Virus record (IMG/VR): IMGVR_UViG_2541047869_000003
Span: 1-39,722 of that record
DNA: 39,722 bases
Direction: 5' to 3' (one strand)
Origin: a virus
Taxonomy: Duplodnaviria; Heunggongvirae; Uroviricota; Caudoviricetes
Part shown: positions 30,746 through 39,296 of the stretch, in pieces
Numbering within the stretch: position 1 is the first letter of the stretch
How the letters are laid out: every line of letters begins with the position of its first letter
Made by a program: the position numbers and the translations under genes
Notes under the pieces: model-generated
Seen by the model: the letters and a program-made list of their open reading frames with translations, nothing else
The model's database searches: none
What the model was told of the DNA's origin: nothing

Positions 30746-30773
30746 TTGGTAGTGATCCACACATTGTGCTAAC

Positions 30774-30958
30774 GCATTAATTAGCATTAATATTTAGCTT
30801 AATCACAGAATAGCTAAAAATATTTTAGCGATAAATATATACATATCAATGAGATAAATAAAAATGATGCATTTTGTAGCTAATTGATGATTTAGCTACC
30901 ATTGCCCTGCTTATTTGAAATAAGCTATCATCACCATAACCAAGCATATGGGGGATTT
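30774..30958 (+). promoter_or_regulatory. AT-rich putative promoter/regulatory region of the cI-N cassette gene
   Basis: Perfect 8-bp inverted repeat GTAGCTAA-N8-TTAGCTAC (30876-30899), tandem GCATTAAT-like repeats (30774-30810), imperfect palindrome ATAGCTAAAAATATTTTAGCGAT; candidate sigma-70 elements TTGCCC-18-TATCAT (about 30902-30931); Shine-Dalgarno GGGGGA before the ATG. Confidence 0.4.
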
Positions 30959-31894
30959 ATGGATACTAAAAAACGAGCTCAAAAAGCAGCAGCAATGTCA
31001 GCAATCGTTAGATCAGCTCCAAAGCCAACTCACACAGGATTAATGGCGACAGGTGTTTCTTGTGCTGTTTTGCCTGATGGTCGCAGAGTGGTTTCAATGC
31101 AAGGTGCAAATGGATTGGCAGAAACATTCGGTGTATCTGTTGGCTCAAAAATGCCAAGATGGGTACCAAATGGGAAGCCAGGTCAATTACCATATGTTCT
31201 CCAAGCAAATGAGCTTCAGCCATATATTTCTGATGAACTAAGAGAAGCGCTAGCAGAACCAATTGTATATAAAAATACATCAGGTGCAGGTGTCGCTTAT
31301 GGCATTGACGTTACTATGCTACCAGCGCTTTGCGAGGCATGGACAGATGCTGAGAGGGATGGAGCCCTACGACAAAAGCATCACTTGAATACAGCTGCAA
31401 AAGCCAAAGCGCTCTATAAAGCTCTAGCTAGAGTTGGCGCCGTTGCGCTCGTTGATGAAGCGACTGGATACCAAAAAGAACGAGAGCGCGATGAACTGGC
31501 AAAACTCCTTGAGCAATTCATCGCTAAAGAAATGCGACCATGGGTAAGCACATATCCGCCAGAATTCTTTGAGGAGTTATGTAGACTCAGAGGAGTCCCA
31601 TTCAAAGCAAACATGCGGAGACCGCAATACTTTGGTCATCTTGTGAATAACATAACTTATGACCGCATGGCACCAGAGCTAAGAAATGCGCTAAAGGAAG
31701 AAAGAGCAAAAGCAAAAAAGGCAGGTGCAAAAATGCATCAGTTTCTATCAGAGGGAACTGGATATGGTCTTCTTCAAAAGAGACTTACAGGGGTAACAAC
31801 ACTCATGCAAGCAAGCGATACTTATGAAGATTTCATCCAATTGCTTGATAAGGTACACCCTCTACTAACCGTAGAAGATATTGACGCAGAATAA
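30959..31894 (+). CDS. Uncharacterized 311-aa protein in the cI-N accessory slot (lambda rexAB position)
   Basis: Start taken at MDTKKRAQ (good Shine-Dalgarno), not at the upstream in-frame Met of the ORF track. Lower GC by eye and AGA/TTA codons; flanked by intrinsic terminators. No confident family assignment from memory (possibly P63C-like, unverified). Confidence 0.6.
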   Translation: MDTKKRAQKAAAMSAIVRSAPKPTHTGLMATGVSCAVLPDGRRVVSMQGANGLAETFGVSVGSKMPRWVPNGKPGQLPYVLQANELQPYISDELREALAEPIVYKNTSGAGVAYGIDVTMLPALCEAWTDAERDGALRQKHHLNTAAKAKALYKALARVGAVALVDEATGYQKERERDELAKLLEQFIAKEMRPWVSTYPPEFFEELCRLRGVPFKANMRRPQYFGHLVNNITYDRMAPELRNALKEERAKAKKAGAKMHQFLSEGTGYGLLQKRLTGVTTLMQASDTYEDFIQLLDKVHPLLTVEDIDAE

Positions 31895-31903
31895 CTTTAT
31901 TGC

Positions 31904-31929
31904 CCCGGCCTCAGCGCCGGGTTTTCTTT
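31904..31929 (+). terminator. Intrinsic terminator after the cassette gene
   Basis: Stem CCCGGC / GCCGGG, 6-nt loop, followed by TTTTCTTT. Confidence 0.7.
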
Positions 31930-32096
31930 GCCTCACGATCGCCCTCCCATATTTAATAGCCGCAAATGTGGTAAACCGCGAACCAACTCACCAGCAATAA
32001 CCACTCCAACTACAGACCAATCTGCAGCATTTACAAAAATAAATTTCCTTATATATCAAAATCATATCTCGCAGCATTAATAAATCACAAAAATTT

Positions 32097-32135
32097 CGTA
32101 CCAATAGTTCTTGATAATGTCGAACTATTGGTTCA
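32097..32135. promoter_or_regulatory. OL operators overlapping putative PL
   Basis: CGTACcaataGTTCT (32097-32111) and CGAACtattgGTTCA (32121-32135) share half-sites with the OR sites; the two contain an 11-bp perfect inverted repeat ACCAATAGTTC / GAACTATTGGT. Candidate PL: TTGATA-17-CATTAT. Confidence 0.45.
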
Positions 32136-32185
32136 TTATTGTCACATCAGCAGGACGCTGGAAGCCAAACGGAAAAGATTGGCAG

Positions 32186-32219
32186 GCTCTTTAACTTCGA
32201 TGGGGCGCTGACAAAGCGC
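32186..32219 (+). promoter_or_regulatory. nutL (boxA + boxB)
   Basis: boxA GCTCTTTAA (32186-32194) then boxB hairpin GCGCT-GACAA-AGCGC (32205-32219), matching the P22-type boxB with GACAA loop as I recall it; ~120 nt upstream of N. Confidence 0.65.
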
Positions 32220-32338
32220 AAACAGATACCAAACGAGATGGGTTTGGCGGTGATGTGAATTGCAGCTGCAACGACAGCAACCAGAAGATCAGCATCTGGC
32301 GCATCACCACCAAAGCCATTTCACATGAGGGAAACATC

Positions 32339-32647
32339 ATGACGGTAATCGTGTACGGAAAATCAACATTCGCAGGAAATGCCAAAACTCGCCGTCATGA
32401 GCGGCGCAGAAAACTGGCTATCGAGCGTGATTCCATCTGCAACATCATCGATTCGATCTTCGGAACAGACAGCGAGGAACCAGTTCAGAAAGGCACGAGA
32501 AAGCGTTTAAGCCTTTCTGAAAAAGCAATATCACTCGGCAACATTCGTAACCAAAATACCGACGAATGCAGTGGAAGTATTTGCCTGCCAAACGTAGCCA
32601 TTTACGCGGCAGGCTACCGGAAATCCAAACAACTGACAGCGAGGTAA
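32339..32647 (+). CDS. N: Antiterminator N (P22 gene 24-type)
   Basis: 102 aa from the internal Met; arginine-rich RNA-binding motif GNAKTRRHERRRKLAIER near the N-terminus; Shine-Dalgarno GAGGGA. Confidence 0.85.
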   Translation: MTVIVYGKSTFAGNAKTRRHERRRKLAIERDSICNIIDSIFGTDSEEPVQKGTRKRLSLSEKAISLGNIRNQNTDECSGSICLPNVAIYAAGYRKSKQLTAR

Positions 32648-32668
32648 CGATCCCCCGCCGTCGAGGAA

Positions 32669-33208
32669 CTAAATTAGCTCATCAGCTTTACCAGCAAAGC
32701 GCATATAACACTCATGGAACCAGACGTCAGGTATAACAAATTTCTCTTTACCTGACGCGCTGTAAGTCACACCTGAGCGATGGAGAAGACCTTTTCTCAT
32801 AAGAGATAAAGCGACCGGATCGCCGTGCTTAAGTACGATTTTGTTATTTGCCATAACAGCAAATGCTAAAACCTCTTTTTCCTGAATACTCAGAGAATTG
32901 AACAGGCGCTCAGTCTCCACAATTACTTTAGCCTCATCTCTCTTACTGAGATATTTTTTATATCTGTCTGAAGATGCCAGAAATATAAACTCCATCACCC
33001 TGTTCAGAACATAACTGATACACAAAAGCATTGCGTAATACATCCAGTGATCTGGAAGTATTTCAGGATTCCTTATATCTACCCACTCTTTAATTGATGC
33101 TGGGGTGATTATTATCAAGGCAATTAAAATAATAAGCATATGAATTAACTGTTGTAGCGTAAGACCACGCAGGAAGAAACGTAATAGTTCCTGCCACCAG
33201 TTACTCAT
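32669..33208 (-). CDS. sieB: Superinfection exclusion protein B (SieB-like membrane protein)
   Basis: 179 aa; N-terminal transmembrane helices (LIHMLIILIALIIITP, YYAMLLCISYVL); next to N, opposite orientation to PL transcription, as for sieB in P22 and lambda. Confidence 0.7.
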   Translation of the reverse strand: MSNWWQELLRFFLRGLTLQQLIHMLIILIALIIITPASIKEWVDIRNPEILPDHWMYYAMLLCISYVLNRVMEFIFLASSDRYKKYLSKRDEAKVIVETERLFNSLSIQEKEVLAFAVMANNKIVLKHGDPVALSLMRKGLLHRSGVTYSASGKEKFVIPDVWFHECYMRFAGKADELI

Positions 33209-33417
33209 CGGTGAATCTCCATCATTCTCTCTGTAGGGGTGAATAGAGTTTATCCGATTTCTCGCTGTAGGGGTACACGAGAACCACCGAGCCTGATGTG
33301 GTTAAAAGACAGGCACAATCTTTACTACCGCAAGCCACGCAGTGAAATGGGTGTGACTTGTGTTGGTCGCCAGAAAATGAAATTAGGCAGCAAACCACTT
33401 ATTTGAGAGGAATTAAT

Positions 33418-34041
33418 ATGTCATCAATCCGCTTAACTACGAGAATGAAAGAGGAAATCGCTCGTAACGCTTTAATTAAGTCTGGGGTTTTCACTGAACT
33501 TGAAGAAGTAACAAAGTTAAAGAACCAGCTTGCACTTGACGCCAGAGTTATTGCGTTTGGCGGTAAAAAGAAAACTGAGGAAGTGGATCAGTTATCATCC
33601 AAGTTGGTAGCTATAAGTGAAGAACTTGAAAAGATGGGATGTTCATTTTACTCATACGATGTTCGTTCTACTTCAATTTATCTGACTGTATCTGGCAGAA
33701 GGGTTGGATGGCATTCATATGGGAAAGACGGCAACGGCGAAGATATATTGCTCCCTACTCCAACCAAATATAAATGCATGTTTGACGCAGAACACGAAAT
33801 AACAAAAAGGTTTGATGAAATCTGCGCATTGCAACAAAACCTTGAAGCCTTGAAAAAGGATATCGAATCAAATGTATGGGCTGCTTTGAACTCAGTCACA
33901 ACAGTTAAGCGACTTATTGAAGTTTGGCCTGAAAGCAAAGAATTGCTACCAAAAGAAGCAGATAAAGCAAGTACAGCACTTCCTGCTTTACGGGTAGAAG
34001 ATTTGAATAAGATGATTGGACTTCCTTCCGAGGCCGCATAG
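33418..34041 (+). CDS. Hypothetical protein (207 aa) between sieB and cIII
   Basis: Start taken at MSSIRLTTRMKEEIARNA; AT-rich; no family recognised. Confidence 0.5.
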   Translation: MSSIRLTTRMKEEIARNALIKSGVFTELEEVTKLKNQLALDARVIAFGGKKKTEEVDQLSSKLVAISEELEKMGCSFYSYDVRSTSIYLTVSGRRVGWHSYGKDGNGEDILLPTPTKYKCMFDAEHEITKRFDEICALQQNLEALKKDIESNVWAALNSVTTVKRLIEVWPESKELLPKEADKASTALPALRVEDLNKMIGLPSEAA

Positions 34042-34265
34042 TCGACCTTTATTTTTGGCACTAACAACAGAATAAACACTGCACTGTGTATTCATTCCAA
34101 CGAGTGAATACGCGGAGCAATGTCGCTCGTAACCAAACAGGAGCCGACTTGTTCTGATTATTGGAAATCTTCTTTGCCCTCCAGTGTGAGGGCCTTTTTA
34201 TATGCATACCAATAACGCTTCACTCGAGGCGTTTTCGTTATGCAATCAAACAGAAGGAGCATCCT

Positions 34266-34436
34266 ATGCAACAGTTCGCTATTGCAGGGGCGGCATCGGT
34301 TCGCCCTTTCAACCCGATTTTATCGGTACAGCATTCACGAAAAAATATTTTAACCGGAGCAGACTTTAAACAACCAAGAATGAAAAGCTTGCTCGAAAAG
34401 CTTTGGGATATTTTGAAACAACAAGGCCGTCCATGA
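34266..34436 (+). CDS. cIII: CIII-like protein (FtsH inhibitor)
   Basis: 56 aa MQQFAIAGAASVRPF...SLLEKLWDILKQQGRP resembles lambda CIII (MQYAIAG...SLLERI...ILNQPG) from memory; Shine-Dalgarno AGGAG. Confidence 0.6.
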   Translation: MQQFAIAGAASVRPFNPILSVQHSRKNILTGADFKQPRMKSLLEKLWDILKQQGRP

Positions 34437-34517
34437 GTTTTACAGATAACTGGTCAGACGAAGAATTCATTCGTCAGATGAACAAAATGCTCAATCAGAA
34501 CAAAGAACAGGAGAAAG

Positions 34518-34829
34518 ATGATGATTCTGACTCTGAATGATAAGCGTGAAATATCGCAAATAATCGCAAGTTTTACTGATGAAGATTACGAACGAATCAA
34601 CAGTGAAGTTGATCGCCTCTGCAAACGTTGCGACCCAATAAGCGAAATGCTTCGCTCATATAAACCAGATGAACACACTAAGGACGCTATCGACTGGCTG
34701 GAAGATGATGACTGTGACTATCAGGAAAAAGCCGCTGAATGGTTCTGGGATGCAATAACCAAAAGAGTTAAGGCTGAATATGCCTTCGCAATATTCAAAC
34801 GCAGACACATTTTTGGAGAAGCAGCATGA
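34518..34829 (+). CDS. Hypothetical acidic protein (103 aa) translationally coupled to recT
   Basis: ATGA overlap with the recT start; Asp/Glu-rich with a CKRCDP motif. Confidence 0.45.
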   Translation: MMILTLNDKREISQIIASFTDEDYERINSEVDRLCKRCDPISEMLRSYKPDEHTKDAIDWLEDDDCDYQEKAAEWFWDAITKRVKAEYAFAIFKRRHIFGEAA

Positions 34830-35728
34830 GCAATATCGTTGAATTCGTTAAACAGCAAGAGCAGTTATTCTGCGGAGCATTGACTGAACAGACGGTGACA
34901 TGGGCTAAGGAAAGCCAGTTTGCAATTCAGTATTTCCAGAAAAATGATTACCTGGCTAAAACGGCACTGGCAAATCCAACCAGCGCACAGAACGCCATCA
35001 TCAATGTTGCGGCGATCGGAATCACCTTAAACCCGGCCAGCAAACTTGCTTATCTAGTTCCGCGCGACGGCATGGTTTGCCTTGATATCAGCTATATGGG
35101 ATTACTTCACCTTGCACAGTCGACAGGATCAATTAAGTGGGGGCAATGTAAACTGGTGTACTCAAACGACACCTATGAATCAAACGGCCTTGATTCAGCG
35201 CCAACCCACAAATACAACGCATTTGGTGAGCGAGGCTCTATTGTTGGTGGTTATTGCACGGTTAAAACAGCAGATGGTGACTACCTGACTGAAGAAATGA
35301 GTCTGGCAGAAATTAAAGCTGTGGAAGCAACGAGCAAGGCAAAGAATGGACCGTGGAAGACATTCTGGGAAGAGATGGCGCGTAAAACAATAGTTAAACG
35401 CGCCAGCAAATACTGGCCTAAAGCACAGCGACTGGATAATGCCATTCACCTGCTTAACGAAGATGAGGGTATGCATCAGGAACCGGTTATGCCGCACAAA
35501 TCAGAGGAAGATATCCGCGAAGATGAACGGAAACGCCAGCAGGAAATAATGGAAAAAGCACAACTTCTTTGTGATGAAATGGCTCAGGCTGAAAACATGG
35601 ATGATTTGAAGAGATATTTTGCAGAAGCATATCGCCTGACATCTGGAATGAAATTGCAGCAGAACGTACAAGCCATTTACGCAGAATGCAAAGCGAAACT
35701 GGAGGTTACCAGTGAGCAAACTGTATGA
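34826..35728 (+). CDS. recT: RecT-family single-strand annealing protein
   Basis: 300 aa; GPWKTFWEEMARKTIVKRASKYWP matches the RecT motif (GPWVTHWEEMAKKTAIRRLFKYLP) from memory. Confidence 0.85.
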   Translation: MSNIVEFVKQQEQLFCGALTEQTVTWAKESQFAIQYFQKNDYLAKTALANPTSAQNAIINVAAIGITLNPASKLAYLVPRDGMVCLDISYMGLLHLAQSTGSIKWGQCKLVYSNDTYESNGLDSAPTHKYNAFGERGSIVGGYCTVKTADGDYLTEEMSLAEIKAVEATSKAKNGPWKTFWEEMARKTIVKRASKYWPKAQRLDNAIHLLNEDEGMHQEPVMPHKSEEDIREDERKRQQEIMEKAQLLCDEMAQAENMDDLKRYFAEAYRLTSGMKLQQNVQAIYAECKAKLEVTSEQTV

Positions 35729-36194
35729 AATTTCCAATGAATACGCAAAATTGATGGATTCAGATTTAGAACCAGAGATGATTGCTGACACAATAGAAGG
35801 CATGGAAGGAGAATTTACCGATAAAATAGAGCAACTTCTTTCCGTCATTAAAAATGAATCTGGTTATGCCGAACGCCTCAAGGAAGAGGCAAAGTCACTG
35901 AATGAGCGAGCCACAGTAATTCAAAATAAGATTGACAGCATTATGGCGTATATAGCGTCATCGCTTGAAATGGTTGGCAAGAAAAAGATTCGAGCAGGTA
36001 TTCACCAGGTAACAATCCGCAAACCGTCAGAAATTGTAGAAATCATCGACTCAAGCGCCCTTCCTCCTGAATACGTTGAGTTTGAAACGACAATTAAAGC
36101 CGACAAACTGGCAATCAAACACCAACTAAAAGCAGGAATAAATATCCCCGGTGCTCAACTCAAAGTTGGGAAACCTTCACTTCTTATCAAATAA
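35712..36194 (+). CDS. Siphovirus Gp157-like protein (recombinase-associated)
   Basis: 160 aa, overlaps the recT 3' end by 17 nt; N-terminal MSKLYEISNEYAKLMDSDLEPEMIADTIEGMEGEFTDKIEQLL resembles the Gp157 family as I recall it. Confidence 0.55.
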   Translation: MSKLYEISNEYAKLMDSDLEPEMIADTIEGMEGEFTDKIEQLLSVIKNESGYAERLKEEAKSLNERATVIQNKIDSIMAYIASSLEMVGKKKIRAGIHQVTIRKPSEIVEIIDSSALPPEYVEFETTIKADKLAIKHQLKAGINIPGAQLKVGKPSLLIK

Positions 36195-36205
36195 CGGTAT
36201 CGCCT

Positions 36206-36520
36206 ATGAAAAAGACTCCATGGGAGAAATGGGAAGTCGATTTCTTGCGCGAAGTGGCGGCGACAATGCCAGTTGAAGTTATCGCTGAAAAACTGGAAAG
36301 GACTGAAAAAGCAGTAATGGCGAAAGCAACAAGGATTGGAGCTGACATTGTTAGCCGACTTCGTGGAAGACGCTGGACAAGAGCCGAAGTATCACTTTTC
36401 GGTAAGTTCTCCGCAGAAGAAATAGCAATTGCAACCTGCCGCTCAATTTATTCAGTAAGAGCTATGCGATACAAGCTAAAAAAACTCGATGAAGAAAGAG
36501 CAGGCATACGAATAAATTAA
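36206..36520 (+). CDS. Hypothetical protein with internal duplication (two HTH-like half-repeats)
   Basis: 104 aa; residues ~5-45 and ~55-95 look like related repeats (W..W.......EVAA...[15 protein letters not shown] versus RWTRAEV...[17 protein letters not shown]). Confidence 0.45.
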   Translation: MKKTPWEKWEVDFLREVAATMPVEVIAEKLERTEKAVMAKATRIGADIVSRLRGRRWTRAEVSLFGKFSAEEIAIATCRSIYSVRAMRYKLKKLDEERAGIRIN

Positions 36521-36700
36521 CAAAGAGGAATTAACCATGAGAGGACTTGCATACAATCCCGGCATTCTTCCGGCAGAAATGATTATTCGCCAACGCGTAA
36601 AGCCAATGCCATCGAGAGAGGAATTGCTTAAAAGAAATTCTTTTCCATCAGTGAATCAAAACAAATATCTGAATGCGATGTGGCGCAAAGGAGGCAACCA

Positions 36701-37414
36701 GTGAGCAAGATTGACTATCAGACACTGCGTGAGGCGGCAGAGCGTGCAATTCCGGCAATGGAACGCCTGTTAATGTTGCCAGTTGATGATGATCTGATAA
36801 GCGAACAGGAACTTAAAGATTACGGCGTGGATATTGATGCGCTCAACGCCTTCAAATTTCTGACCGGACCAGAAACCGTGCTGGCGCCGCTGGATGAACG
36901 GGAAAGAAACCAGCAATACATCAAATCCCGCGACCAGGAGAACGAGGAAATTGCGCTAACGGTAGGGAAGCTGCGCGTTGAGCTTGAAGCAGCAAAATCA
37001 AAACTCAACGAGCAGCGTGAGTATTACGAGGGCGTTATCTCGGATGGAAGTAAGCACATAGCAGAACTGGAAAAACAATGCGCCGAATGGGAGCGAAAAG
37101 CATTAAGCAACTTTGAAGAGTGTGCTGCGATGGCTGAACGTATCGAGGAGTTGGAGCAGGCCAACACAGGACAGGACGCCAATATAAACAGCCAACAGGA
37201 ACGCGTGACTCAATCAGCTAATCGGCACGTATATCACTACAACGCAGTAGGCGATGTTGGCGGAATCGCCATGTCCGGGATTGCGCAGTTACCTTTCAGA
37301 ATCAAATCGCAATCCGACCTTGAAGAGTTTAAAAGCGCACTTAGCAAGGTTTGTGGTTTCCATGCAAACGCAATTACATCTCTTTCATATCTTGGGCGTG
37401 AGGAAGAAGAATAA
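36701..37414 (+). CDS. Hypothetical coiled-coil protein (possibly Ead/Ea22-like)
   Basis: Start placed at the second GTG, which has an AGGAGG Shine-Dalgarno; central heptad-rich region ([18 protein letters not shown]...[14 protein letters not shown]...RIEELEQAN). Confidence 0.45.
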   Translation: MSKIDYQTLREAAERAIPAMERLLMLPVDDDLISEQELKDYGVDIDALNAFKFLTGPETVLAPLDERERNQQYIKSRDQENEEIALTVGKLRVELEAAKSKLNEQREYYEGVISDGSKHIAELEKQCAEWERKALSNFEECAAMAERIEELEQANTGQDANINSQQERVTQSANRHVYHYNAVGDVGGIAMSGIAQLPFRIKSQSDLEEFKSALSKVCGFHANAITSLSYLGREEEE

Positions 37415-37418
37415 AGCG

Positions 37419-37610
37419 ATGAAAAACCGTAAAGCAAAGATGCTTATTTCCCGTGTATACAGACGTTGCTATCCCAGCCAGTGGTTGAGAGTTAGCAATC
37501 GCCGTGTGGTGTTGTACTTATATTCTGGAATTGCCAGAGAGGGAGTCAAAGATAAGCGCAGCGCGGCGCAAAACCGCTGGAAAAACCACTTGCGTATCAA
37601 AGGAGAGTGA
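37419..37610 (+). CDS. Small basic hypothetical protein
   Basis: 63 aa MKNRKAKMLISRVYRRCYPSQWLRV...; stop adjacent to the next start. Confidence 0.3.
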   Translation: MKNRKAKMLISRVYRRCYPSQWLRVSNRRVVLYLYSGIAREGVKDKRSAAQNRWKNHLRIKGE

Positions 37611-37611
37611 T

Positions 37612-37809
37612 ATGGATAAAAACACCACTGCTTACTGGAATCTGTCACTTGATACCGAATGCCCAAAATGCGGTCACAATTTCGATCTGCTTTGTGATGC
37701 TGATTTCTGGGAGTTTTCTGGAGCTAAACAGGCATGTGAAGAAATAAAAGGTTACGAAACATGCTGTCCAGAATGTAACCATGAATTTAAAACAGATTTC
37801 GTGTATTGA
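37612..37809 (+). CDS. Small zinc-ribbon protein
   Basis: 65 aa with CPKCG...CCPECN cysteine pairs. Confidence 0.4.
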   Translation: MDKNTTAYWNLSLDTECPKCGHNFDLLCDADFWEFSGAKQACEEIKGYETCCPECNHEFKTDFVY

Positions 37810-37819
37810 GGCATAACAA

Positions 37820-38683
37820 ATGACCACTATTACCAGAGAACAGGCACAGAAAATTATTGAAGCAGCCGATGAGGTTATTAGTGCGCTGGCCGGAACTAAT
37901 GAGGATGTTAACCCTGATAGCAATGACATGCTACGTCTGTGGGATGACCTGAATGACCGTCACGCGCCCCCTGAAGTTGTGCGTGAGCTGGCACGAATTG
38001 CACTGGCATCACTGGGAGCAGAACCAGTTGCTTATATTTTCAAACATCCGGCCGGAAAATTATTCTGGGCTTTGACGGATGAAAGCAATAAAGATCAATC
38101 GGACGTTATTCCTGTTTATGCTGCCTCACCTGCACCGATAGCGTCGGAGGCCATTGAAAACGCTATTGAATACATCCGCAGTATCGCTTTTCACATCGAT
38201 GAAGACGATTACCACGGCAAACATATTGCGTATTTCATGCGACAAGCATTGGCCTGGCTGGAAGGGCATTCATGCAGCGACGAAAGACTGGGTAAAGCCG
38301 AGAATCAACCAGTACGCGGCAACCAGGCTGCCGAATCCAATCGCGGTAATGAGTGGACTGGCAATCCTGATATTGATAACGCCATCATCATGCTCGACCG
38401 CATAGATACGGCGGAAAGTTGCGATGATGACCGTATTGAGGCCGTTAAGGCTGTGTTGCGTAGACTGGCTGGCAACTCTCCGGTAATTCCGGATGGTTGG
38501 ATAAGCTGTAGTGAGCGAATGCCCCCTCAAGATGATTGGATTTTAATTTATTCAAAGCACGGCGAGTATATGGCAGGACAGGTGCAAGGGGAATACGTGG
38601 AGTTGAGCGACGGCACTTTATCGTGGTTAGGGAACGTCTTGTTCTGGATGACGTTGCCAGAACCTCCGAAGGGGGCGAAATGA
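37820..38683 (+). CDS. Hypothetical protein with DUF551-like C-terminal domain
   Basis: 287 aa; C-terminus WISCSERMPPQDDWILIYSKHGEYMAG...LSWLGNVLFWMTLPEPPK is typical of the prophage DUF551 family from memory. Confidence 0.5.
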   Translation: MTTITREQAQKIIEAADEVISALAGTNEDVNPDSNDMLRLWDDLNDRHAPPEVVRELARIALASLGAEPVAYIFKHPAGKLFWALTDESNKDQSDVIPVYAASPAPIASEAIENAIEYIRSIAFHIDEDDYHGKHIAYFMRQALAWLEGHSCSDERLGKAENQPVRGNQAAESNRGNEWTGNPDIDNAIIMLDRIDTAESCDDDRIEAVKAVLRRLAGNSPVIPDGWISCSERMPPQDDWILIYSKHGEYMAGQVQGEYVELSDGTLSWLGNVLFWMTLPEPPKGAK

Positions 38684-38940
38684 TGGATGTAAAAGAGAAG
38701 GTTTTGCAGGTGATGCGTTCCCGGGCTGCCCTGCAAGATAAAGCTCTCGGCGGGGAATATCCATTCACGATAGCAACCTGGAATCTGCGGTTGGCAATGG
38801 AGAAGGAATTTCCTGATGAAGAATGGCGTTCGGCAGATTTGCGCAAAATTCTTATGGAGCTGGCTAAAGACGGAGCAGTATCCAAAGATACCTATGCCAG
38901 CCGGATTGGTCAGGCGGTATGGAGACTGGAGGTGCGGTAA
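38680..38940 (+). CDS. Hypothetical protein (86 aa)
   Basis: ATGA overlap with the preceding stop; MMDVKEKVLQVMRSRAALQDKALGGEYPFTIATWNLRL.... Confidence 0.45.
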   Translation: MMDVKEKVLQVMRSRAALQDKALGGEYPFTIATWNLRLAMEKEFPDEEWRSADLRKILMELAKDGAVSKDTYASRIGQAVWRLEVR

Positions 38941-39224
38941 TGGCTAACCTGCAACTTGCCGTCAAAGGTGAATACTTCGATGCCATGATTCGTGGAGAGA
39001 AAACGGAAGAGTATCGCCTGTGTAATGACTACTGGAATAAGCGAATTATGTTCCGGGAGTATGACCGCCTGATTATCACAAAGGGATATCCGAAGCGCGA
39101 CGATTCCAGCCGAAGAATTGACGTCCCGTATGACGGATATGAAATCAAGACAATCACACATCCGCACTTCGGCGATAAACCGGTAAAGGTGTTCGCGATA
39201 AAGGTGAATATCGGCAATGGATAA
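38940..39224 (+). CDS. Hypothetical protein (94 aa)
   Basis: Start MANLQLAVKGEYFDAMIRGEKTEEYR overlaps the preceding stop (TAATG). Confidence 0.45.
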   Translation: MANLQLAVKGEYFDAMIRGEKTEEYRLCNDYWNKRIMFREYDRLIITKGYPKRDDSSRRIDVPYDGYEIKTITHPHFGDKPVKVFAIKVNIGNG

Positions 39225-39260
39225 CAATCCTCGCACTCGCGGGGATTTCTTTTATCTGAA

Positions 39261-39284
39261 CTCGCTACGGCGAGTTTTGTTTTA
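39261..39284 (+). terminator. Putative intrinsic terminator
   Basis: Stem CTCGC / GCGAG with TACG loop, followed by TTTTGTTTT. Confidence 0.45.
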
Positions 39285-39296
39285 TGGAGATGATAA

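Noticed and set aside
30396-30764. 122-aa minus-strand ORF overlapping the 3' end of cI and its terminator
   Set aside because: Antisense to the repressor gene and runs through a strong intrinsic terminator; no supporting features.
30902-30958. N-terminal extension MPCLFEISYHHHNQAYGGF of the cI-N cassette ORF
   Set aside because: No ribosome-binding site before that Met and it lies within the predicted promoter; the downstream Met at 30959 has a GGGGGA Shine-Dalgarno.
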